From a virus: a stretch of 64,000 nucleotides of DNA. The notes under the pieces are model-generated. The model did no database searches, was not told where the DNA came from, and saw only the letters and a program-made list of their open reading frames with translations. Of the stretch, positions 40,601-51,026 are shown piece after piece; position 1 is the first letter of the stretch, and each line of letters begins with the position of its first letter. Made by a program: the position numbers and the translations under genes. The DNA lies in the IMG/VR virus record IMGVR_UViG_3300026512_000003, positions 1 to 64,000 of that record, one strand, 5' to 3'.

Positions 40601-40988
40601 ATTGTTTTTTTCAGATCATATATTTAAAGTAACTGTTGCTTACAGAGTCGATGATGGTCAGATTGTAGACAAAGAAACCGGCATTCTGTATGAAAAAGAT
40701 GCAATCTTTATGAAAGAATACATAATTGAATGTATCGAATATAATATAGACAATGAAAACGCAGTTGCTAGAATAAATATACCTTTGGATTATTATGTGA
40801 AAATAGAAAATCGAAATATTTTAGAGGAAACAGCTAGTAGTCTGATGAACAATAGTGCTACATATGAGACACGCTTAAATTTACCTTGTACATTAATGTT
40901 TCCTGGTGATGGTGCCGCATTTTCTTCTAAAAACTCGGCTTCACAAGAAGGTATAACTTCTTGGTTTAAATTTAACGGTGAGGATTAA
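37689..40988 (+). CDS. Large hypothetical protein (1099 aa)
   Basis: GGAG RBS; overlaps the upstream stop. Confidence 0.85.
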   Translation: MDLEKGHIQEEEKSDLWELRKNAFFEMVSLGENFTQKSNLSSKLKNLSLYMGNVSNTFFTNTAFSGIKYTKEHPVVIKEVVHIDSENWIIYIETHKKRECNIVIEQDMSDIKKFAVAYVNGQFYITAKGIKRVIALTKDFYTPFIGISLKELLSFMTNRYKTEPFALKDCGENAYLIDAPYELFGKPTVPFRDEDNVGVWISFGTLIKAELSNLSKINVDGVPLSIVESKNTSSDVTIKKLLSNISYGYSSIILDKKEFAKKVMQEGKSINFDSNKEDGTSICVDSILETLSSKGIMGLLYDEMDIVEEFPVYAYDKRQGAVIEKSKTVLLFKYKKEQIYMYLDDSSEQMVFMTYAGDEKLYENEKFQYEVKIRSSVWLTKLENIKEDNFVLYTGFGNLKHNKMLDIYFDNAEEAFSDLSNEFAVNVTEFDDKYREYTATPNTFPYNAKKTLIEAYGNNIVPLASGLIEYKFEKTDAYGNKFYNLQTQAHPMLSSFIDVKSKSLRILEPTIKASGLFKEDISKLYVDFFFEKYIDEKLFGEISSDSRTIRDWIVAGGFDYIISSAYYNNGWTLYKKDNNEYRLVQLEPVKIEYLSSESMAISCEAAAESLVDAGEKMLKSMSKTKVMEELSKMSKDKATSIVTKIYTRSEQIFSGFKTEVLKKNSLIPSVAKIADYDFSFKKHSENNNYFINNKPESELLNHAILYEDAFNEIQKKYADTFLPFNNEIKQELGLACPYFLNMVASVDGSKIKVDIASTMAVNVEKLESCKLGISVLGDLISRDDKIQIADELMFPTEAYTQQAKLTYLGNNEILADDYEIYRLEINRTYTQKAKKAFTRSVESSIRKISEGYNIDFDKERQLIQEQSGIGGEVELELPEIPTSQPIFIGIKGSKLVISLDGISYIVSDTSYGAKNLTARIALEDKENFIIALRTLALSNHNFTTYDMHLSGIYDDKDVYTVDVKSMHVDTGLFFSDHIFKVTVAYRVDDGQIVDKETGILYEKDAIFMKEYIIECIEYNIDNENAVARINIPLDYYVKIENRNILEETASSLMNNSATYETRLNLPCTLMFPGDGAAFSSKNSASQEGITSWFKFNGED

Positions 40989-40991
40989 AAA

Positions 40992-41645
40992 ATGGATGTG
41001 ATGAATAACTGTAGCATAGAGCTAACAAACATAGAGAATACATCAGAGGGATTAAATACTTCTTCTGAGGGCATTGTTAGTATTTCAAATATAGATGACC
41101 AGAAAGGACTAGAAGAGCTTTTTAAAGAAAACGGAACATTTCTATTTCTTGAATATTTAGGGGAATTCCCAGAAATTAGCTTTGATTACTATAATGATGA
41201 TGTTGTTCTTGGAAATATACTAAAAATTAGTCCACTAAATACAGAAGTAATAAAACTTCACATGAGCTATAGGGCAGATACTGATTACACGCCTGTTGAC
41301 AAAGTCTTTCCAAAAAAATTTTTTCCGACATCCACAACAGTGAAAAATAAAATTTTACTTTGTTTTCAAAATAATGAAGACGGAGTAGGATTGTATTTAT
41401 TCACTCCTGTGAGTCAGCGATGTTTATTCTTTACTAGTCAATCAAGTGTGGAATTTAGTGATGCAAGAAAAAAGATTTTTATTTCTTTCTTACAAGACAC
41501 TAAGATATTAAATATTATTCTTGGTAAAAGAGTTCTTTTTTCGAGTAATGAAAATGTATTCGATGTTATAGATTGGAGAAAAGGAAGTAGTAAGCCTTTT
41601 TTAAGTAAAATATTCAACAAAACAGACAAACTATTTAACAGTTAA
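40992..41645 (+). CDS. Hypothetical protein (217 aa)
   Basis: GAGGA RBS. Confidence 0.75.
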   Translation: MDVMNNCSIELTNIENTSEGLNTSSEGIVSISNIDDQKGLEELFKENGTFLFLEYLGEFPEISFDYYNDDVVLGNILKISPLNTEVIKLHMSYRADTDYTPVDKVFPKKFFPTSTTVKNKILLCFQNNEDGVGLYLFTPVSQRCLFFTSQSSVEFSDARKKIFISFLQDTKILNIILGKRVLFSSNENVFDVIDWRKGSSKPFLSKIFNKTDKLFNS

Positions 41646-41654
41646 GGAAACTAC

Positions 41655-44600
41655 ATGGTACAGATATTTTCAAATGATATTACTCTTGTGAGAAAAGAGT
41701 TTAAAAGAGCAGGTGATTTATTGGCTGCAACATTTTATTTTAAAAGAATTGTTGTAGGGGGGCATACTCCTATAGAAATTTCTTTTATCTATGATGGAAT
41801 TTTAAAAAGCTTCTGTAAGCAGTTGGATACCATACATTTGACTGAGTTTGAAAATGAAATTTACTTTAAGAATGATATTGTTTTTAACCGAGAGACTCTT
41901 TTTGAAGCTATGAGAAACAGTACACAAGTTCAAATTGTAAATAATAAAGAAATTTTTACTTCGCTATTTGGTATAAAGATAGAGCCTAACATAGAAGGTT
42001 TTACATTTGAGAAGACCCTCTTCTTAGACTCTTTTCCTATTAATAGTGGAAGGGGTAATAGCTATGGGGAAGGATACTTGTTTGTGTTTGAAGATTCTCT
42101 TGTGGGAAAACTAAAAAAAGGTTTTTTTATAGGAAATGTAGTTCCTTTTTCAATGAAAGAATTTGAAGACAAAGTGAATAGTTATGGAAAATCAAAAATT
42201 CTTTCTGACATCGAAATTTCCCAGAAAGGTAAAAAAACAATAATAAGTAACAATTCTCCTTTTGAAATAAAACTCAATGTTGGAAGTTATAAATTCAATA
42301 GACATGTTGATATACACAGCGTCACATCATACAAGTACGAAAGTTTAAATGATTTGGAGCTAATTTTACAACCTGGTGACGATATAAAATTAGATACAGA
42401 ATACACTCAAAAAGAAGAGATAGTATCACTTTTGGATAGGGAGTTAGTTATTCCTAAAAAAGAAATAATTCAGGGTACTAGTGAATATGAAAATAACTTT
42501 TATGTTGTCACAAAAAATCCTTTTGAGATAGAGCTTTTAGAGGTTCTTATTCCTTCACAAAGAGTAGAACCAGATAGTTATATTGCTATTTCTCAGTTTG
42601 TAGACATAGAGGATTTGGCGGAAACAAATCTATCAATCTTGAATAAAGATTCTAATTTGGAAAATATAGAGTTAACTAGTACCTCAGGAAAGCTAACTAT
42701 TATTGATGAAGTTAAAGTTAAAAACATTATTGTTGATGGACAAGCTTCTGTTTTTTCAACAGGAATAGATCTAACCTTTAAAACAAAAATGAAAAGAATT
42801 TTTTCATATCTAGGAGAAGATGAAGCAGATTATTTGGTAGAATATGCAAATAAACTAACCTCAAAAAGAGTAATTGCTATTGAGAGGAAGGTTATTTATA
42901 ATGATGTGATTTCATCTCCTATAGACACTTTCTCAGTAGAAATAGGAATGTTTGGGAACATAGATCGCATGCTACAAAAAGCAAAAAGTGTTGTCTACAA
43001 AGATGAAATAAATGAAGAAAAGCTTCCGTGTAAGAAAGTTGCTAAAGATTTTCTAAAGAGACTTTTGACTGTATCCTATAAGGATCAAGGAAAAATAAGA
43101 TTCTCTGCAAATGATATTTTAGAACACTCATCTAAAAAAGTATGCGATGTTCCCGTTAGTCAAACTGGAAATAAAGAATTAGATGATGCTTATAGTCAAT
43201 TTAACTCAACAATAAACAAGAGCGTCTCTGGATTCAGAATGGTTAATGTATCAAATTATATATCAAGTGAGGATGTAGCTACCGTTGAACCACTTTTAAC
43301 AATGAGAGAAGATGAATCTAAAGAGTGTAGAGAAGATTTTGTATATAAAATAGAAGAAAACTTAGCAGAACTAGGATTATCTTATTCTGTAGAACATGCA
43401 CTTGCCCAACTAAGAAAAGCGACCCACTTTTTTAAAAGAAAAGAAGAAGTTGTTGCTACTGTTAGTTTTGGATTGTCAATTGATAAAAAATGGTATTTTT
43501 GCGGAGAAGATTTTGAATTAGCTGAGAATGTTGAAAATCCCAAGGTTTCCACATTTGCTGAGGGAAAAATTATAGAAAAAGCTATATCCAAAGAGCCTGG
43601 AAAAATTTTATTAACAGAAAATAAGAAGTTTCTAGACAGTAATGACTGGGGGGAACACTATAAACAAGAACTTCATGACATGTACAAAGCGTTAGTTACA
43701 GGAACCATAGAAGATAGTTCGTCGGCTACACATTCTGGTATCAGATATTTTGTAGAGCATACAATAGATGCTAATAAAAAACTTACTCTTTCATATAAAG
43801 ATATTAAAGATAATTTTGCAGAAACCATGTATCTTTCAGAAAAAAATGAAATAAAAACAAAAATTCTTTTTCCTAATATTTTTGACATGATGGTGAAACA
43901 AGGAAAAATAGGAGACGGTTCTTTTATAGAAGAGACAAATATGCATACTTTTGGAAAACTTCAAAAAGAATATTATCAAAACTACAGAGATCTACAAATA
44001 AAAGATGCTTATGACTCTGCATATGAAGTTGGGCATAGTGTTTATGTTAGAACAAATTCAAATGTGTTAAAACAGAGCGTTTCTTTGTTTGCTACACAGG
44101 GAACAGAGTTGTTTGGACTAGAGATTAAAACTGATATGCCTGAAAAAATTTCCATTCATCAACGGGAAAATGTAATTGCGAACGGAGAAAAATTTGCATA
44201 TGGGTTAGAGATACTTTTAAACAATGAAAGAATTTCGCTGATTACATATGATTATCTTTCAAAAAAAGCAACAATAGAATTATCTGAAAATGTAAAAATA
44301 GCAGATTATAGTTTCCTTCTATTTTCTTTAGATATGCTAGTGAATAACTACTATGATACCTTGGAGGGAAAAGAAAGAAGTTCTTTAGGAGTGTACGATT
44401 TCTTTAACTCACAAGGTAGATTTACGAAGTCATATTTATTTAGTTCAAAAGAAAATATTAATAGCCCTTCGATGGTGCTTAAAGGTGTTGCCCTTACAGC
44501 TTTCGGTGTAATGAGATATCTATCTAAAGGAGAACAGTCATCGGTAAACGATTGCGAGTTTAAATGGATAGGTGACACAATTAGTGTTAAGTATAACGGT

Positions 44601-44966
44601 CTTACTTTAATTAGCTTTAAGGAGTGTCAATTATTAGGGAAAAACAAAGTAGCTATGATTGCTAATGGTGTGCGTATAGAGCCACTTGTCTCTAAGTTAT
44701 TTCTTCCAGTAGAGTTTCGTGAAAGAAAATTACAGCAATGCTTGTTGCTACAAGGGGGTTTTGCAAAAGGACTTCTTTTTGGAGATGTTCATCTTTTTAG
44801 GGGTAAATATTATTTATTATCAAGTGATGGTTTAGAGAGATGGGAAATTCACAAAGGTCTATTATTAAACCATGAAGTGCTTATCTCACTTGAAGAAATT
44901 TTTGATATAATTGACCAAAATGGAAATGCTAGTTTGCCTGATGGTTTAGTAGTAGAGTTTAAATAA
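41655..44966 (+). CDS. Large hypothetical protein (1103 aa)
   Basis: AAGGA RBS. Confidence 0.85.
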   Translation: MVQIFSNDITLVRKEFKRAGDLLAATFYFKRIVVGGHTPIEISFIYDGILKSFCKQLDTIHLTEFENEIYFKNDIVFNRETLFEAMRNSTQVQIVNNKEIFTSLFGIKIEPNIEGFTFEKTLFLDSFPINSGRGNSYGEGYLFVFEDSLVGKLKKGFFIGNVVPFSMKEFEDKVNSYGKSKILSDIEISQKGKKTIISNNSPFEIKLNVGSYKFNRHVDIHSVTSYKYESLNDLELILQPGDDIKLDTEYTQKEEIVSLLDRELVIPKKEIIQGTSEYENNFYVVTKNPFEIELLEVLIPSQRVEPDSYIAISQFVDIEDLAETNLSILNKDSNLENIELTSTSGKLTIIDEVKVKNIIVDGQASVFSTGIDLTFKTKMKRIFSYLGEDEADYLVEYANKLTSKRVIAIERKVIYNDVISSPIDTFSVEIGMFGNIDRMLQKAKSVVYKDEINEEKLPCKKVAKDFLKRLLTVSYKDQGKIRFSANDILEHSSKKVCDVPVSQTGNKELDDAYSQFNSTINKSVSGFRMVNVSNYISSEDVATVEPLLTMREDESKECREDFVYKIEENLAELGLSYSVEHALAQLRKATHFFKRKEEVVATVSFGLSIDKKWYFCGEDFELAENVENPKVSTFAEGKIIEKAISKEPGKILLTENKKFLDSNDWGEHYKQELHDMYKALVTGTIEDSSSATHSGIRYFVEHTIDANKKLTLSYKDIKDNFAETMYLSEKNEIKTKILFPNIFDMMVKQGKIGDGSFIEETNMHTFGKLQKEYYQNYRDLQIKDAYDSAYEVGHSVYVRTNSNVLKQSVSLFATQGTELFGLEIKTDMPEKISIHQRENVIANGEKFAYGLEILLNNERISLITYDYLSKKATIELSENVKIADYSFLLFSLDMLVNNYYDTLEGKERSSLGVYDFFNSQGRFTKSYLFSSKENINSPSMVLKGVALTAFGVMRYLSKGEQSSVNDCEFKWIGDTISVKYNGLTLISFKECQLLGKNKVAMIANGVRIEPLVSKLFLPVEFRERKLQQCLLLQGGFAKGLLFGDVHLFRGKYYLLSSDGLERWEIHKGLLLNHEVLISLEEIFDIIDQNGNASLPDGLVVEFK

Positions 44967-44977
44967 GGAATTGCATC

Positions 44978-47617
44978 TTGATACCATTAATTCATATACT
45001 TCCTGAGGATTTACTTTTTACTGAAGCCTCAGGTATAATAAAATCAATTAGTCCGTCTTTTAATTACACGAAGAACTCAATTTTAGTGGAATTTGAATAT
45101 AATTTAGATGATACTTTTGCATTGGAAGTATTTTTAAACAGTGAAGATTATCCAATATTAGTAAAATTGCATTCATTGTATACTTCAGCTGAAATAGATG
45201 TCTCAGAGGACTTGAATTATCTACTTGCAACAGAAAAAACCGTAGTTAAAATAACGCTAGATTGGTTAGAAAAGCTAATCTATAATACTATGAATGTTGA
45301 TGATTTTAGAGCTGGTTCAACTTTTACATTGAAAATAATTCAAGATAAACAAGAGGTGTCAGATAGAGCAAAAATGACATCATTTCAGATATTGAGTGGC
45401 TTAATTTCAATGACAATAGACAGCAAAGAAGTAGTTTATACTAGTGGAACAAAAGAAACACATTATATACCTAGCCTAACCAGCAATAATGTTGCTTGTG
45501 AACTTTTAAGAATAGAGGGAATGTTTTATATATTTCAACTAACAAATTCACAAGTTATGGTTATTGCCCCACATAGAGCATTTGACAATCATTATCTGTT
45601 TCTTAACAATTTATTTATGAGAGCATTAAAGCTAGAAGATAATAAATTGGAAACAAGAGGCAAGATATTTTCTTTTAAGGATGGAAATATCTTACAGGGA
45701 TTTTCAATAACTTCAATACAAAAATTCTTTGAGGTCCAATATAAAGAGGAGTACAAACAGTACATTTTCAATGCATGCAGAGATAATAATCTTTATAGTG
45801 AAATATCTTGTCTAGCTCCTTCGATCAAACATCATTCAATGACAGTATACGATCTAAAGACTAGTGTTTTATTTTTAGGAAAAACTTCTTTTTCTAGAAA
45901 GTGGGTTAAGAATGAGAATAAATATTATATTGAAATCTTACTTGAAGGAATTAGTCATCGTTCTCAAAAAAGAGAAACAAGACAATTTAAACTCTTAATA
46001 GAACCATTAAGGTCTCTAAAAATCAAATCTAATTCTAAAAATCTTGGTGAATTTGCAACTTTTTTCAGGAAGGAAGATGAAAATTGGATACAAGAACACC
46101 TAAGCGATACAACTATAACACTTCAATCAAACGGATATATAACTGCTTCAAACAACAATTTTGTAGTAAGTTTTAAAACATCCTCTCTTCTTTTTATTAG
46201 AGACTATTTAAGAACGAATTATTCAGCTTACAAAACAGTATCGTCAAGAGATTTTTTATTACCTATGGAATCAATCAGGGAAGTGAATTTTATTGATAAC
46301 AGTATACGAAAAACAAATGGAACTTTTGATAAAAAGCAAAACATAGAAGACTTTATTCAAAGAGGGTTTCATCAAGGTGAAAGTTGTTTTACTGACAGAG
46401 ACCATTTTACAGACTTTGCTGGGCTTACATTTAGCCTCGCTCCTCTTGTGATAAATATGGATAGTGTAAATATTTTAAATCAAGATGAAATTGCACTTCT
46501 CTGTCGTAGTGTAGAAAGTGTGGAATACGGGCTACCTAGGTTAAAAAGAGATTGTCATAATTTTATGTATTCAATGTATCTTCAGTATGATTTCAAAGAA
46601 TTTTTCATTATTCTCAATGTAAAGCAAAAAATAGTGTATTTTATTAACTATTCAAACAAAGAAGTTTTTAAAAATGAAATTCAGGGTGCATTAAGTGGTT
46701 TCATAACAGACTTTAACTATAATCAGCTTAAAGAATTTTTTATAGAAGGTGGCTGGAATTCCATTTCATATGCTTCTAAAAATCTTTTTACAATTCTATC
46801 AGTAGATAACAGTGCTTTTGAACAAGAGGTTTCAGTTGTCTGGAACTATCAAGGTGGTATCTTTGAGAAAATGCTTTTAGATAACACAAAGTGCTCTCCT
46901 ACACAAACTCCAGAGAATACATTGAGAACAAGTTTTGAGAACAAAGAAGATATTTTCCGTGAATTTGCAAAGGGGATGTATGCTTCTAGAGAAGTTTCTG
47001 TTAATCAGATAACTTTAGCTGATTCAAAACTTACGATTGTAATGGATGTCGATGGAACACAAGAAAATCTTAGCATCGAAACCAAGATAGGAAATTTTGA
47101 ATTTAAAAAAAACCTAGCCAAAAAGATAAATTCTACAAGTGAAATTTACACTAGTATTGAACAAATAAATATTAGTAGTTCTCAAGGGATAGCACATCAA
47201 TATCAATGGATGCAATACGCTGTGTGTCAAACACATTTGCAAATTTCTTTTGCATTTGACATGAACATAATAGAAAATATTATAGAGAATGCAACACTTT
47301 TCACTAACGAAACATTTTCTATACTACATGATTCAGAAGGGTATGTTATACATTATACTAATGGGTCAAAAGTTGAAATTGGGGAAAAGATACTTATTGA
47401 TGATAACGAGTTAACTCTTGAAACAGAAGAAGAAGCATGGGCTAATTTGCTGGATACAAGTTCAGAAGTTAAAGATATTTTTACAAAAATAAGTGAATTT
47501 CCAGAAGTTACAACAGAAAATGAAAGACTAAGAGAAGCCATAGTGTTAACTGGTGAAGATTGTAAAATAGCAAAAATTCCAGCTACTCTAATGCAACATA
47601 AAATCATTAAGGAATAA
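44978..47617 (+). CDS. Large hypothetical protein (879 aa)
   Basis: AAGGA plus TTG start. Confidence 0.85.
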   Translation: MIPLIHILPEDLLFTEASGIIKSISPSFNYTKNSILVEFEYNLDDTFALEVFLNSEDYPILVKLHSLYTSAEIDVSEDLNYLLATEKTVVKITLDWLEKLIYNTMNVDDFRAGSTFTLKIIQDKQEVSDRAKMTSFQILSGLISMTIDSKEVVYTSGTKETHYIPSLTSNNVACELLRIEGMFYIFQLTNSQVMVIAPHRAFDNHYLFLNNLFMRALKLEDNKLETRGKIFSFKDGNILQGFSITSIQKFFEVQYKEEYKQYIFNACRDNNLYSEISCLAPSIKHHSMTVYDLKTSVLFLGKTSFSRKWVKNENKYYIEILLEGISHRSQKRETRQFKLLIEPLRSLKIKSNSKNLGEFATFFRKEDENWIQEHLSDTTITLQSNGYITASNNNFVVSFKTSSLLFIRDYLRTNYSAYKTVSSRDFLLPMESIREVNFIDNSIRKTNGTFDKKQNIEDFIQRGFHQGESCFTDRDHFTDFAGLTFSLAPLVINMDSVNILNQDEIALLCRSVESVEYGLPRLKRDCHNFMYSMYLQYDFKEFFIILNVKQKIVYFINYSNKEVFKNEIQGALSGFITDFNYNQLKEFFIEGGWNSISYASKNLFTILSVDNSAFEQEVSVVWNYQGGIFEKMLLDNTKCSPTQTPENTLRTSFENKEDIFREFAKGMYASREVSVNQITLADSKLTIVMDVDGTQENLSIETKIGNFEFKKNLAKKINSTSEIYTSIEQINISSSQGIAHQYQWMQYAVCQTHLQISFAFDMNIIENIIENATLFTNETFSILHDSEGYVIHYTNGSKVEIGEKILIDDNELTLETEEEAWANLLDTSSEVKDIFTKISEFPEVTTENERLREAIVLTGEDCKIAKIPATLMQHKIIKE

Positions 47618-47621
47618 ACAA

Positions 47622-49544
47622 ATGAGAGCATATCAACTAGCTAATTTTTATATATCAGAAGCTTTTGCGACAGAGCAGAATGTAAGGTTTGCCCCAAGGG
47701 TGGTTATTAGTGATTCTGCGGTTAATTTCTTTCTGTCAAGTGGAGATGCTTTTGGTATTAACAGAGGAAGCTCTAGGGTGATTCTTAGACTTGATGGTGT
47801 TATTTGTAAGATGAAGGTAGCTTCAAATGATGACAATAAAATAACATACGCAATACGCCCTGCAATAACAGATGGCTTTGTTCAATGGAGCGGCGATTTT
47901 AATGCTGATGACATTATTGAAGCATTATATGGTTTTTCTTTTTCGGACCGTCCCGACGATGTAGAATTTCAAATTTCAGAAGAAGGAAAAACTATAGATG
48001 TGACTGGCTCGTGGAGTACAACAGTAACATGGGACGATGATAACTTATATGTAGATGGTACTGAGGTTACTGAGACAACAGAGTTTCAAGGGGACGAAGA
48101 TTTTAAAATAACTATTGACCCAGAAACAACATTAGCTTATCTAAACAAGCAAACTCTTAGCCCTTCTGTGGACAAGACTTCTCTTGAAGGAGATACTACA
48201 AATACATTTACGGAAGTAAATATACCTCAAAGTGTTTTTGAAGAGAAAGAGCTCTCTTGTGATTATAATACAATCGAATTCGATGATTATGGTCATCAGT
48301 ACTTTAAAATTAATGCCTTGGATGCTTACACTTCCACTGAGAATATATGGCTAAAGAATAATTCTCGCCAATATTTAGATAGAGATCAGTCTGCTTTTGT
48401 TGTAGTAGGAGATAACTTCTCTATTCTAAATAGAAGTGATGCAAAATCTTTGGCAACAACAGATTTCGATCATATTAAAGGGCTAGTGTCATGTTCTGAA
48501 GCTATTTTTGTATCTTATGCAAAAGTTTATAGAAGTTATGTATACATTGATTACAGTTTTGTTTATTTTGACGAAGAAGTAAATAGATGTGGGGATCCAG
48601 ATGCTGTTCCTACAATAGAAAGAGCTTGTCGTCTGAAAGTAAAAAATAGTAGCATTACGATGAGTAAAATTAGTGATAAATTAGAGCAAATAAGTCTTAT
48701 AGATGGAGCTCAAGATTTAAGTGCTGCTATGTATGACAAAATTCGTTTTGGGATAGGATGCTTTAAATCAGATTATAAAATATACACATACAAAGATCTT
48801 ATTACAAGTCTGGAAGTTATTTTCAACAGAGAATCTTCTTCAAAATACCTAAAATTGACAGTAGAAGATCAAACTACAAGGTATGCTACAGCTATCTTAA
48901 CAAAAAGTGGATCTAAGGAATCTACAAAAAAAAGGAATATTGGTAGATATACAAATACTGCTGAAAAAAAATTGTCAAGTTCTGTTGTTTTAAATTTAAC
49001 TCTAAAGAAAAGTAACGATATGATAACCGATGACACAGAGACACTGTTTACAAATGGTGCTATTTCATTAGAGAAAGACACCTTAATGTTTCTTTCTAAA
49101 AGATTGTATGTTAATATCCTAGATGTTGCTAAGAGTTTTCCTAGAATTAGACTGTCATATTCTAACTTAGCAGTTGTGGCAATTATTGACGAAGATGGAA
49201 CCGAAAAAGAAATGCAATTAGACTACATAACTCGACAAAGAGTTATTGTTGGAAAAATAGAAGAGGATGATTCCCAGGTAGTTTTAGCTGGAGATGATTT
49301 ACTGGATTTTCTAAATGAAATAAATGTCAAATATGTATTTGAAATAACATGTAAGCCTGCTGTTCTTAAAATTACAGATTTAGATGGTAACGAAAGTAGG
49401 CATACATTTACAGAGGCAACTTTACTAATTATACATTCAGAAATAGTGGATAATTCTCCTCTGAAAAAGATATTTTATACCAATACTACAGACAATGGTA
49501 TTCTTGAAGCACTTAGTTATACTATAGAGGAAGAGGAGGAATAA
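47622..49544 (+). CDS. Acidic beta-rich hypothetical protein (640 aa)
   Basis: AAGGA RBS. Confidence 0.8.
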   Translation: MRAYQLANFYISEAFATEQNVRFAPRVVISDSAVNFFLSSGDAFGINRGSSRVILRLDGVICKMKVASNDDNKITYAIRPAITDGFVQWSGDFNADDIIEALYGFSFSDRPDDVEFQISEEGKTIDVTGSWSTTVTWDDDNLYVDGTEVTETTEFQGDEDFKITIDPETTLAYLNKQTLSPSVDKTSLEGDTTNTFTEVNIPQSVFEEKELSCDYNTIEFDDYGHQYFKINALDAYTSTENIWLKNNSRQYLDRDQSAFVVVGDNFSILNRSDAKSLATTDFDHIKGLVSCSEAIFVSYAKVYRSYVYIDYSFVYFDEEVNRCGDPDAVPTIERACRLKVKNSSITMSKISDKLEQISLIDGAQDLSAAMYDKIRFGIGCFKSDYKIYTYKDLITSLEVIFNRESSSKYLKLTVEDQTTRYATAILTKSGSKESTKKRNIGRYTNTAEKKLSSSVVLNLTLKKSNDMITDDTETLFTNGAISLEKDTLMFLSKRLYVNILDVAKSFPRIRLSYSNLAVVAIIDEDGTEKEMQLDYITRQRVIVGKIEEDDSQVVLAGDDLLDFLNEINVKYVFEITCKPAVLKITDLDGNESRHTFTEATLLIIHSEIVDNSPLKKIFYTNTTDNGILEALSYTIEEEEE

Positions 49545-51026
49545 ATGGTACCAAAAAGCAGATTATATTACAAGGGGTGCAACCCTGAAGTTGAACCAAA
49601 CTATATAGATAATGAAAAAACAGAAATAGGAAAATCCTATGGCAATAGATTTTTTACAAGGCTTTCTCAGATAGTAACTGAACAAGAAATTGGCAATAGA
49701 AACAACTTAATCTTTTATAGAAGAAAAATAGAATGGACAGAAGATAAAATAGTAAAAACAAGTCATTTGCATGTAGATTTGAATGCTGGAACAAACAACT
49801 ATGGAAAGATTGCATGGAACAGTATATTGAAAAAAGATATAACAGCAAGCGTAGATATCGGCAATAATAATAAAATTAATTTAGACTTAAGACAAAATAA
49901 CGATGTGGTTTGTGGAGACAATAATATTTTGCATGGTTCTTTTTCCAACTTAAACAATGCTGTTGTAGTTGGGAGCGATAATATTTTGGTTAATTTTAGA
50001 ACACACACAAAAGAGAATGAGCAACTAATTGGCCTGTCTAGGTTAGGAAGTCTTATGTTTTCCACAGAAATAGTAGAGCCAAGCAGCATAGGTGATACTT
50101 GTATTCAAGTTCTGTCTTGCAAAAAAGTTATGCTTGGAAGGGAGATCTTTTTTGGGACAGAACGAAAAGCATATGTATCAAGGATTGTTACAAAAGTGGA
50201 AGATGGTTATGTTTATTTTAATATACCAATTGCTGCAGGTGAAACTTCTAGAGTGGGTACTAGAGTATTTAATGAGCATTACGAGGTTCTACCAGCATTC
50301 CATAGTATTTTAGAAAGAGAGCTTCAACCATATTCAAAAAGAGCATTTTTTGGAGCAAATAAAGAGCTTTTCTTGAGAGACATAAAAATAGGGGATAATT
50401 TTATCACAAAAGTATTATTTGTTAGAGAAACTGATAATATGAGTATACTAAAAAACATTAGTCAAGATGTGATACCTATTGGAACAGAAGTATCTGCAGA
50501 GGAAGACAATCCATATATCGCATGGTCTGTTTCAATAGAAAACATTGAAGATAATAAATGTGATTTCAGTGGAAAAGGGTATCCTTTTGTAGGTAGAACA
50601 GCAATTATTGAAAATGAGTCTTATTCGATAACTGAATTTACTGAGAATACTATCAGTTTTGATAAACCTTTACCTGAAAGTGTAACAAGTATTAACTTTA
50701 GTGAAATAGAAGAATATAAAGGTGATTTAGCTAATTCTAGCAAAATAACTACACTTACTTCTTTTACGAATACAACAATTCCAGTAGAGGAACCAACTAA
50801 CTTTTTCGTTGGACAGACAGTCTACTTTAGCACAGTAAATACACCTATGCAGATTATAGAGATTGGCGATAATGAAATAATTGTTGATAATCCTGTATTC
50901 ACTGGCACAATTAATAATTCTTTTTTTGTAGGAGCAAGAAAACTTGTAGTATCTACTCATACTCTTGAAGATTTAGCAAATAATACAGCAGAGTTTTTAT
51001 ATGAAGGAATAGACGATGAAAATTAG
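49545..51026 (+). CDS. Putative tail/baseplate-associated protein with repeated small beta modules
   Basis: GNNN/GDNN/GSDN beta-roll-like stretch; repeats of T-I-V...F-VG--V...I..I....I..D.P. Confidence 0.6.
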   Translation: MVPKSRLYYKGCNPEVEPNYIDNEKTEIGKSYGNRFFTRLSQIVTEQEIGNRNNLIFYRRKIEWTEDKIVKTSHLHVDLNAGTNNYGKIAWNSILKKDITASVDIGNNNKINLDLRQNNDVVCGDNNILHGSFSNLNNAVVVGSDNILVNFRTHTKENEQLIGLSRLGSLMFSTEIVEPSSIGDTCIQVLSCKKVMLGREIFFGTERKAYVSRIVTKVEDGYVYFNIPIAAGETSRVGTRVFNEHYEVLPAFHSILERELQPYSKRAFFGANKELFLRDIKIGDNFITKVLFVRETDNMSILKNISQDVIPIGTEVSAEEDNPYIAWSVSIENIEDNKCDFSGKGYPFVGRTAIIENESYSITEFTENTISFDKPLPESVTSINFSEIEEYKGDLANSSKITTLTSFTNTTIPVEEPTNFFVGQTVYFSTVNTPMQIIEIGDNEIIVDNPVFTGTINNSFFVGARKLVVSTHTLEDLANNTAEFLYEGIDDEN